This document shows, one piece after another, positions 25,201 through 37,200 of a stretch of 64,000 nucleotides of DNA. A program made the position numbers and the translations under genes. This DNA comes from Malacoraja senta. Taxonomy: Eukaryota. The notes below the pieces were generated by a model. The model was given only the letters and a program-made list of their open reading frames with translations. It ran no database searches and was not told where the DNA came from. Where the stretch lies: the NCBI GenBank assembly GCA_038087875.1, contig CM075977.1, positions 127,844,001 to 127,908,000 of the forward strand. The letters run 5' to 3'. Within the stretch, counting starts at the first letter, position 1, and each line of letters begins with the position of its first letter.

Positions 25201-28200
25201 AATCCACTTTCCAATTAAACCATCAAATGCAATTGACACCAAGCTTTATAGGTAATTTAGTGTATTAAAAGCACTCCCACACACCAGAATGTCAGACCCA
25301 TGCAATCACCTCTGCTACCATTGTTCTTCATAACGGGGTAAACTGCTTCCAGCACTGTCACTGCTCATCATCTTGATATCCCACAGAGCATCAAAAATTT
25401 AAACGACCTTGTTTGGTGTTAATAAGGCTCTTGGGTCACTGCCATTCTCGGTCATAATCAAATATGAGCACAAAGAGAGTTAAAAACGATGAAGGCAAAA
25501 GGTTAAAGAGGAAACCTATTTGGAATAGGGCCAGTTGTTAGCAAAATGTTTCTGTGGATCAATTGTTTTTATTCATAATGAGGCCATATTTTGACATTGT
25601 TTCCTTTGATTTCCTCACACTCACCCCTTCTCCAGTTCCCGAAGGTATCCTTGCTAAGGTAGACCCTGTGGCTGGTCTGCAGAAGCCAAGAAATTCATTC
25701 TCAGCAGTGGTAGTGCTTTATGGGCAACTCATAAATTGGCTGAAATGGTATGAATCGCAGAGGCAGAGCAGAACCCACTGGCATCTTTATATTGCATGAG
25801 AGTAAATGTTAAGGCAATCGAGGACTGGATTTTAATTGCAAGTGAAATCTCTGGTTGATTTTTGCTCCCTTCAGTCCAGCTGAAGAGAAATTGATTGAAA
25901 TGTTCCAAATTTTGCTCCAAGTAAGACCAGTTACTCAGTGTGGACCAAGAATCAAACCTGGGAATTCCCAGTCAGCGAGGGAGAAAATATTTTATTTTTA
26001 TTTTCTCAATCAATATCCACTTCCTCTTGTGTTTATCTTTCTTGCTGTGCATCAGGGTTACTTTTTGTAGCCAGTCTCCACAGCAACTCACTTAAGCAGG
26101 CAGGTGCTGGTCTAGCCTTGCAAACAGTTATTTATAGCTTTTAAGCTTTCCTTTGATATTGTACAGGTTCTAAGATGATTAATCGTTGCCTTAAATTAAT
26201 ACCTAGTGTAAAGATACCTTTACAGAGAACCTTTAAAGAACCTACAGTTCAGGTCTGACCTAAAGGCATTTTTTTTCACCTAATTATGATTTAATTAGAA
26301 TGAACGTTGCCTATTTCCTTCGCTCCATAGATGCTGCTGCACCCGCTGAGTTTCTCCAGCATTTTTGTGTACCTATGATTTAATAATGTTGTCTTATCAC
26401 TTTTATGTTTATTGAAGAATTAAAACATTCTGATTAATTCTGATTAACTTATTACTGGCATATACCCAGCTTCAATATGTCTCAGAGAGTACTGCTAGAT
26501 AATGTTAGATAAATAGTCCGAGCCTAAAACTTGTGCTATTTTAAATAAAATGGCTGAAGTACACTTAGTTGTTGCCTCATTTTATGAAGGAATATGCCAG
26601 AGAGGATGCATTGAAGATTTACCAGTAAGATTCCAGTCTGAGGAATTTGAGTGATAGGATTAAACTAGTTGAAGTGGTTTATGAGTTGTAGCGTAAACAG
26701 AGATACTACTCCGTTGAGCAAGAACTGCGGGGGGAGGGGGGGGTGGGAGCACGAAGGATGTGGCTTTAAAGTGATTGAAAAAAGATACATGGGAATGTAT
26801 GGAATACCCTTTTTATACATTTTGGATTTGCAATGTTAACAGGGTCCAACACATGGGCGGAAATCCCAGGGGGGAGACACGTCCCCCCATGTTTTGAGAG
26901 GTGGGGGACAATCCCCCCATGTTTTGAAATCCGGATTTTTAAATTCGGTGAAAAAAAAAATCTATTAAAAATCTCCGCTTTTCGCGAGACAGTGGGGTTA
27001 GGAATTATGATCGAGGATGCGGATTGGATGATAGAGACGTTGGTCAGCAGGCGGGGGGGGTGCGGGACATGATGATTCAGCGCGATGATTGGAGGAGGGA
27101 GGTGTCGGTCAGAGGCGGAAGTAAGGGGGTTGGACTGAGGATAGAGCGCTGTGATTGGAGGAGGGAGACGTCCTGGTGGAGCAAAGATCATAGAGCGGAG
27201 CTTGAATCGGCCCGTTCGTGGGGCCGTTCATCGGCCGCGGGATCTTCCATCGCCCCGCGGTTAAATTGCTGCATCGAGGCGATGGAAGATCCCGCGGCCG
27301 GTTTTAAGCCGCGCCGGGCGATGAAACCCCGCAAACGGGCCGATTGAAGCCCGCGATTCAGGGCGGACGAAGCTGCTGCTACTGAAGTTCTGAGTCGGTC
27401 ACCATCCAGGTCAACTCCTGATGTTATCGTCCACAGGGCCCATGGCCGAAGCCTCCAAAGTATCGCTTGTGTGTGTGTGCGTGTGCGGCCGCCAAGAAAC
27501 TGTCACCCCCCCCAATGTTTTTACAGCGATATCCGCCCCTGAACCATTAAAAGAGAATTGAATAAGTACGATTTTAAAAAAAAATTGTTGGGCTGTGGCG
27601 AATGGGATTAACTAACCCGATCTAGCAAAGAATTGAAGTGTCACATGGCCTCTGTCTGTGGTATCAATTCTATGGTTCTTCAACTTTGGTCATAATCAGG
27701 TGGTGATAGACCACAAGTTGATGTCAGCTTCTCTATTTACTATTTCATAGGTTACTCGCCCTTGTGGAGGAGAGGAGCACGAAGCAGAATTGGAACTTAA
27801 AAGTGCATAGCAATCCAATCTGTGCATGTTTAACAGCCTCGAATCAAGTCACCAAAATTCAGCTTCAATATTGGATATTTGTGAAGGAATGGAGAAAGGT
27901 CTAGATGCAGATTCCATTTCCTTTTTAAACTGTTATTATTGCTTAATATTTGGTTCATTTATGAGGTGAGGGCACTGCTGGGAAGGCCAACATTTATTAA
28001 GAATTATGAATCAAAGAGTCTGAGGTAATGTACAGGACCAGATCAGTTAAGGATGAGAGCTTTCTTTATGCTTGATTTGCTTAGATATACATTTTTGGGA
28101 GTGACACAAGAACCGTTAAATTCTTTACATATTTGTATAAGATGCCAATTGATTTTATCCATCTGGAAGCAGTGACCCTTCCATTTACCCCCACCCTAGG

Positions 28201-31200
28201 AAAGATGTGTTTCCAAGGCCTTACCGTTGGTATCATGGTGAATGTGTGGAGGGTTAATCACATTTGGGTCAATGATTTCTGAGGACGCAATAACATTCTT
28301 CTGATCCAGCATCCGCCCCTGGGCATCATAACCCTCCTTAATTGCTGTAGGAGGGGTGGTAGTGGAAAAGGCAGAGCTGAAGTAGCCTGTCATCATTGTA
28401 AACACAGTCAAGGTCATTCTGTTTTACTCAGAGTCTGAGCTTGTTAAGTCAGGAAAAAAAAGAAACATCTGCTCCAGTTTAAGTAAATTGTTTAAAAAAT
28501 TCATTTTACTTTAAGTTAACTGAAATGTTATTTTCCTCTTTCACATTAAATCTGCAATGAAGTAAGTAGCAACAATGACAATTCACGCCAGCCTTTGGCA
28601 CACTGCATCTGTGTGACAGAAGCTCTGAATAATTGTGATGGTGATAAGAGTCCTTGCTGAGAGATGGAGGCAGTTACTTTAAGGATTGTTAACTATGATT
28701 TTGCCACAGGATTGTCCTTTGGTCTGCTGGACCTAATCATTAGAATGGATTTAATTTTGCTTGGTGCCAAAGGCTGAAATAGTGTGCTGACAGGAGCATT
28801 TCATTATTCATCATCAACCTTGACAGGAAATATTGCTTAACATGAGGTATTATCAGTGCAACCAAAGGGGGTGTTTATGTTACAAGGGAAAAATGTTGAG
28901 GGGAGTGAGAGTGAGCATCTTATCCTGTTAATGCCTTGTTTCTGGAAAAAAATAACTATCCACAGGGAGGTGAATTACTGAGAATGCATTATACTCTGAT
29001 AAAAATAATTTATAATTATTAGAAATGTAATATAGCAAAATAGAATATTTTCACTTGAGTTAACTGCAAAAAGATATGACTTGAAGCCAAGGTAACAATT
29101 ACAGCAACAGTGTTGGCTAATATCTTCCCTTTCCAGAATGTTTGGCTTTAGAAATGTATTTATGTCATCAACTCATCACCATCCTCTTTCTCTCATCACA
29201 ATCCACAAAATATTTCAGAAAGTTTAAGATACCAACAAAATGGAGAGTTAAGTAATGAAATCTGCTGGGTTGCAGTTACATATAAATCTGTAAACACAAT
29301 ATATAGACTATTGTGGGAAGTCAAATAGGGGCAGGACATATTTTATAAATGATAGGATGCCAAGGAAGGTCGATGTACAGAGGGATTTAGGAAGTTTTTT
29401 GAAAGTGGCAACACTGGTAGATGGGTTGGTTAAAAAGGCATTTGGCACGCTTGTCCTCGTGGATCAGGTTATAGAATATAAAGGTTGGGTGTTATGTTAC
29501 AACTTTACAGAACACTGGATAAACTGCGCTTGGAGTATTGTATGCAGTTCTGGTTGCCACACTTCAGGATAGACGTGGTTGTGTTGAAGAGCATGCAGAG
29601 GAGACCCCCCAAGATGTTAGGACACAGATTACTGGAGTAACTCAGTAGGTCAGGCAGCATATCTGGAGAACATGGACAGGTGTGAAGAAGAGTTCCGACC
29701 CAAAATACTGGAGCATCTCTGGAGAACATGGATACGTAATGTTTCAGGTCTAAACCCTTCTTCAGACTGCAGATGGGTCCCAACCCAAAACAATACCTGT
29801 CCATGTTCTCCGGAGATGTTGCCTGACCTGCTGAGTTACTCCAGCACTTTGTGTCCTTTTGTGTATTAACCAGCATCTGCAGTTCTTTATTTCTACGTTC
29901 CCCAAAGATTTTGCCTAAATTGGAGGATTTAAATAATGGGAAGAGAATAAAAAGGCTGGGTTTGTTTTCCCAGGAGCATAGAAACATAGAAAATAGGTGC
30001 AGGAGTAGGCCATTCGGCCCTTCGAGCCTGCACCGCCATTCAATATGATCATGGCTGATCATCCAACTCAGTATCCTGTACCTGCTTTCTCTCCATACCC
30101 CCTGATCCCTTTAGCCACAAGGACCACATCTAACTCCCTCTTAATTATAGCCAATGAACTGGCCTCAACTACATTCTGTGGCAGAGAATTCCAGAGATTC
30201 ACCACTCTCTGTGTAAAAAATGTTTTTCTCACCTCAGTCCTAAAAGATTTCCCCTTTATCCTTAAACTGTGACCCCTTGTCCTGGACTTCCCCAATATCG
30301 GGAACAATCTTCCTGCATCTAGCCTGTCCAACCCCTTAAGAATTTTGTACGTTTCTATAAGATCCCCCCCTCAATCTTCTAAATTCTAGCGAGTACAAGC
30401 CGAGTCTATCCAGTCTTTCTTCATATGAAAGTCCTGCCATCCCAGGAATCAGTCTGGTGAACCTTCTCTGTACTCCCTCTATGGCAAGAATGTCCTTCCT
30501 CAGATTAGGAGACCCAAACTGTATGCAATACTCCAGGTGTGGTCTCACCAAGACCCTGTACAACTGCAGTAGAACCTCCCTGCTCCTAAACTCAAATCCT
30601 TTTGCTATGAATGCTAACATACCATTCACTTTCTTCACTGCCTGCTGCACCTGCATGCCTACTTTCAATGACTGGTGTACCATGAAACCCAGGTCTCGTT
30701 GCATCTCCCCTTTTCCTAATCGAATTGCATTGGCATTGGAGGCTAATGAGTGACATAAAAGTTCATAAGACACAGGAGCAGAATTAGGCCCAATCGGCCC
30801 ATCGCGTCTGCTCCGCCATTCAATCATGGCTGATCTTTCCGAATGAAATTCCTCACAACCCCATTTTTCTGTCTTCTCCTGATGAATATATGTAAAATTA
30901 TAGGAGGCATAGATAGGGTAGATAGTCAGAATCTTTTCCCCGTGGCCAGGGAGGCAATGGTTAAATGGAAGAAAGCATTTTAATGGGGTTTTGAAGGGAT
31001 GATTTTTTTAATACACAGAAATTGTTGATATCTGGAACTCACTGTTGGAAGTTAGTTAGACTTTTGGAAGGTGGTGTTAGACTTTTAAGAGACATTTAGG
31101 CAGGCATCTATAGGAGCAAAGCTTGGGCTGGTGATGACAGAAGAGGGATACAAATAGGGGCAGGATTCTTGCTTCTTACAAGTACTTAGCAACCTTCTTA

Positions 31201-34200
31201 TGGAGGTACAACATATGGTCATAGGGACAACACTGGGTGAATGATTGACCTGCTATCTGCCCATTCTCACACATGAAAAATGGGACCTAGAGCTGGATTC
31301 ATAGAAGAATCTGTTTTCTAGGAGAAACAGTTGGCCATAAGGATGAAAATCACTGAACAATTGAGGGATAATGAAGCCACATAAAGATAGAGATGCCGCC
31401 TGACCAGCTGAGTTAGTCCAGCACTTTTGTACTCTAAGAGGGAAACTGAAGTTTGATCCCTGAATGTTTCACAATGCATGGAAAAACTGAACTCTTGTTC
31501 TTTATCATCTGCTGATTTCTAGAACAATCCATAGGCAAGACCATTGCTGGAAAGTATGGTATGATTGCACATTCAGAGGCTTAAATATTTTCCATAATTT
31601 GTGAATAAAATAAAAAGGGTCCAGCATTATAAAGCATGGGATGTCATGTTAGCAGCAAGTCTATGGATGAGTGCAGTGTTTTAGACAAAATAATGTTGTT
31701 TGTAGTCAGTCAAGGATAGCCACTGTGATTAGGTATCACTATGACTCTAATCAGCAAGGCTTTGGGTTTTGTAGCAATGCTAAAATCTACAGAAAACTAA
31801 TTAGCAAGTTGAATAATAAAAGACAGGGAAACTAAAGAAAGAACAGCTAAATAATCTACATCAGTTGGAGGATAGATTTACAGTTAAAATAAAGGCTTAC
31901 TAAAGTCAATAAAACTGGGTTAAAAAATAAACACTGACCATGTATTGTATCACGAGACATTTCATGACCTTGTGGAGTGGTTGATAAGTCTAAGAAGAAA
32001 ACAGTGATGGAAAAGAAAACAAAATGCTTCAAAAGAAGGAAAAGAAATACAGAAAAAAACTGTAATATAAATCTTGAAAGTGAGCACCAGTGATTACAAT
32101 GAAGTTAGGAGTTGGGACAGATGCATTATTCATCCAATGTTCTCACAATCAATGATCAAGCAGCATAATCAGATGGACTTACCATTCAGAGCCACAAATG
32201 AGTCTGCAAAAAAAAAGGAAAAGGGTGTTAAAAATGAAATTTGCACATAGTGGATTACATCATGTTTACATCATAGTTGCTAAAATGTTCCTAAGGATTC
32301 TTTTGCAACTAAAAAGCTATGAAATAATCTGAAAGAAAAATGACACAAAGTGCTGGAGTAACTCAGCAGGTCAGGCGGCATCACCAGAGGACACATTCTG
32401 CGGAGGTACTCCAGCATATTTGGTCTATTTTTATAAACCAGTTTCTCCAGTTTTTTGTGTCTCCAAATAATCTGAAAGTTTGTTTTAATATCCATTTATT
32501 AGTAGTATTGTGTTACGAGATTTTTCAAAAGTAACCAGAAATGGTGAAAGGAATGCAGTATATTGTCATGAATGCATTATTTGTAAAGTCTTATTTGCTT
32601 ATAACATGCTTTTTAAAGAAACAGACCAACGCAATTCATTTCATTTCATTTGAGAGAACTGGATTTTCTTTGAAAGCCAAGGTTTTGTCAACTATTTCTC
32701 ATCCCATTATTGAAATCGTCCATCTTTTAACCATCTACGTAACCATGGGTTAAAGAAGACATTTTATTTGCCTGTATCTAGGTATCTAGTAAAAGGTGAT
32801 ATAAATTGTATCCCATTTGATATATAAGATTTTTAATAATTTTTTTCTGAGTAAGTAGCTTGGGAAAGAAAAATTATTGTACTGAATATATTCCCAACAG
32901 TCTCCTTAAAACAGTCCTAATATTTTCTCTGCACACTTTTTTTCTGCCGCAGTATTCAGTTTTGCATGAGATTATTTTTAACGTTTTTTAAATCACTTTT
33001 GGAATAGAGTTGGCAAGGCCAATATTTATTCCCCATCTCTTAATGCCACTCAGAAGGTGATATTTAGAGAGCTGACTTCCTAAAACACTGCAGTCCTTCT
33101 GATGAATGTAGTCTCAAAGTTTGGTATAACATACAGAATTTTAAGGTTTGGATCCAACGATGAAGAAGGATTGGTGATAAATTTCCAAAGTCCGGAAGGT
33201 TGTGACTTAGAGAGGAACCCAGACTTGATGTTCCAATACCCCCGATGCTTCTGTCCTTCTTGGTGGGAGTGGTTACGGCTTTGGGAGGCGTTCTCAGAGC
33301 AGCCTGGGTGAGTAACTACAGTGCATTTTGTGAATAGTAGACACTGCAGCCAATGTGCACTGATGGTGCAACAAATAAATGGTTAGTGCCGTTAATGAAA
33401 CACCAATCAAGAAGGCTGCTTTGTCCTTGATGGCATCAAGTTTCTTCAGTTGTTGGCATTGTACTCATCCAAATTCTATCATGCTCCTGATCTGTGACTT
33501 GTACATGCTGTAGAGGCTTTAACTTGTCAGGACATGAACCTCTGACGTTCCAATGGTAGTTATATGTGTAGGAAAGAACTGCAGATGCTGGTTTAAATCG
33601 AAGGTAGACACAAAATGCTGGAGTAACTCAGCAGGGCAGGTAACATCTCTGGAGAGAAGGAATGGGTGACGTTTTGGGTCGATGGCAGGTCTAGTTGAAC
33701 TTCTGGTCATTGACGATTTTCAGGATATTGCTGGTGGGGAACTCAGTGATGGCAATACCACTAATTGTGAAGTAAGGTGAGATAAGCCTTGTTAAAGTTG
33801 GTCATTGTCTGCACTTTGTAATGTTGCTGAAGTGGAGTTGGTTGAGAGCTTCATATTTCTAGGTGAAAATATCACCAACAATTTGTCGATCAAAACCACA
33901 TTTATTCTATGGTGAGGGAAGCACACCAATGTCTCTACTTCCTCAGAGGGCTGAGGAAATTTGACACCACCCTTCACAAATTCGACAAATGCACCATAGA
34001 AAGCATCCTCTCTGGGTGCATCAGAGCTTGGTATGACAACTGGTCTGTCCAAGAGCGCAAGAAATTGTAGAGAATTATGAACATAGCTCAGTCAATCTCA
34101 CAAACCAGCATCCTCCTCATCGATTCCATCCATATCACATGCTGTTTTCTTCCTTTTAATGCCCATTGACCAATTTTTCCTGGGCATCGTGCTTGCTGGC

Positions 34201-37200
34201 ACACTGTCAGGGGCATAAACTTTCACCTCATTTCGAGAATTCAGCACCTTCATCCGTATTTAGAATTAGGTGATGATGACATTTGGAGCTGTGTGTTCTT
34301 GGCAAAACCCAAACTGGGCATTGGTGAGCTGTTAATTGGTGAGTAACTGCTGCTTGATAGCACCCTCAATGAGAGGTTCCATCATTTATGTTGATGACTG
34401 GAGGTAGACTAGTTCTGGAAACAAAGAACTGCAGATGTTGGTTTATACCAAAGATAGACACAAAGTACTGGAGTGACTCAGCGGGTCAGGCAGCATCTCT
34501 GGACGAAAGGTATGGGTGACGTTTTGAGTTAGTGCCCTTCTTCTGACTGAAGACACATCTTCTGAAGAACTGAAGACACGAAACGTCACCCATCCTTTTT
34601 CTCCAGAGATGCTGAGTTACTCCAGCACTTTGTGACTATCTTTAGGCTAGTTGTGTATTAATTAGCTGGATTGGATTTATCCCACATTTGGTGAATAGGA
34701 TATGGTTGGGCAATTTTCCACATTGTGTGTTTGGTACTGGAACAACTTGGCCAAAGGTGCAGCAATCTGGGGCAACGCTCTTCTTTACTATAGCTGGATA
34801 TTGTCTGATCCTGTTGTGTTTGCAGTGCACTCAGCCATTTGTTGACATCACATGGAGCAAATTGAATTGGCAGGAGACTGGCTTCTGAGGATCTCAGGAG
34901 ACAGCCGAGATGGATCATCCAGTGGGCACTACTGAGTGAACGGCATTGCCATGCATTAGCCTTTTCTTTAACAGTTACATATTGAGGCCCCGTCATTATT
35001 GAGAATGGGGATGTTGATAGAATCTCCTCCTCCCAGTGCCAACCACTATTCATGACTAGACATGGAAGGACTGCTGAGCTTCAATTGGATTTGTTGCATG
35101 TGAGGTTGTATATTGCAAGCTGCCATCGCAGTTCAGCATACAAATAATCCTACATTGCAGTTTCAATGAGTTGGCATCTTGTCAATTTTAAGAATGCCCG
35201 ATGCTATTCCCCACACACCTTCCTGAGTTCCTTGTTGAACCATGTTTAATAAACTGTAGATAATGGGTTATTAACCTGGGGGTAAATCAGTCAAATGTTT
35301 ATTCGATGTTGTATATTAATACATCAACTGCCAAAACCAGGTTTGTCTATGTTAGATTTGCAATGATTACAGACTAGAAATTGGGTTTCACAACTGACTT
35401 CTGCATTACCAGATGACAGCAGGCTGCCCGCTGCGATACGAGGCAGTTGCCATGGAGCTGAGGGAAGAAGATGGGAGGGGATGACCATAAATGTAAAGGG
35501 AGAATCCAGGGGGAAGGAAAACTTAAGTGGGTGAAGTAACACTGGTTAAGGGAAGAACTAAACAGAATCATGTTGGGTCAGGAAACCTTCCATGCTAAGG
35601 AGTGGTCTGATTCAACCACATCCTGCTCCATAGCAATCAGTAGAGCTGCCAAACAACACACCAACATACATACGAATGATGAGGTGCCAATCTAGTGAAA
35701 CTGCAACACCAGACTACATTACGAGCAAAAACAACTAGCAATAAATAGCTCTGTGAGCTTGGGTGCTGAGATCTGCATCAGTATTCCTATAAATCAGGAA
35801 TGAGTGTTATGCACAATGATTATGCCAGCATATGTGCAGAAACACCAGGGAAATGTATTTTGTCTTATCCAGCCATTAGGCTTCCATAATATTGCACATC
35901 AATCGTATTGCAGAAGGCATGGCTTTGACCCATGAATAAAAGCAGGCTTGATTACTTTGGCAGTCTCCCAGACCATCTGTGTTCCCGTGCTCGATATCCT
36001 GTTCAAATGATGATCTATGTAAGAGAAAGAGAGAATACCATCCAATGGTTATTAAGAATAAAAAGATAAGTAAATGTCTGAAATTTCAAAATCAGCAGAT
36101 ACTTCAGATAGGATTGATAATATCAGCCACAGATTGTCCTGGGACAACACCTGATCTATGCCTGTTAGTTAATCCTAGTTGAGAAAGAAGCCGAGGCACA
36201 ATTCTCCTCGTCTTCAGATTAGAGAACTGGAGGATTGGGGTTAGGAATATGATGAGGGATATAGGAGGGATATAGTAGGCGGCAAACGTACAGATCCTTA
36301 CTTACGATTGAACCTTAATACCTTTCTATTTCATACTTTTCAATTCTAAAGTAAGGGCAGCTAAGGGATGCAATGAACAATTGCTATGTTGTAGGATTAT
36401 ACCTTAGTTTGGACAGTGGAAGTGGTGGAGGCAGGTTCGATGTTATCCTTTAAAAATAGATTGGATGGGTATATGGACGGGAAAGGAATGGAGGGTTATG
36501 GTCTGAGTGCAGGTAGATGGGACTAGGGGGAAGTATTTTATTTTTAATTTAAAAAATATATATATATATAATTTAAATGTTCGGCACGGACTTGAAGGGC
36601 CGAGATGGCCTGTTTCCGTGCTGTTATGGTTATATGGTTATATGGTTATACAATTCCTAAGTGAAGCATATATATTTGGTAGAATAATGTGATTTCAGAC
36701 CTAGTCAGGAATATTTGAATTAGGTGGGCAATGGCAGGTGTACAATGTGGAATAGGTACAACTTCTATATCTAAATCTAACTTCTATATCTAAAATATTA
36801 TAACCAGCTAAACTGGCAAAATATATATACAGCAATTACTATCATCATACAAACTTGAAGGGGAATCTTACAGGTGTTGGTGCACGAATGCACCTGATGC
36901 TCTTGATCTTCCAGATGGGACAGATCATGAGTTTGATCAGTGCTAACTTAGGGCAGCAGTAGAGTTGCTGCCTTACAGTGCCAGAGACCCGGGATCAATC
37001 CTGACTGTACGGAGTTTGTACGTTCTCCCCGTGACCGCGTGGGTTTTCTCCGGGTGCTTCGGTTTCCTCCCACACTCCAAAGACATACAGGTTTGTAGAT
37101 TATTTGGCTTAGGTAAAAATGTAAATTGTCCCTAGTGTGTAGGATAGTTGCCAGTGTAGGGGAATCGCTTGTCGGCGGGGACTGGGTGGGCCGAAGTGCC

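Noticed and set aside
28387-28434. Upstream alternative acceptor extending the stalk exon by 48 nt
   Set aside because: The extension has an in-frame TAA; the true 17-aa cassette is at 31939-31989.
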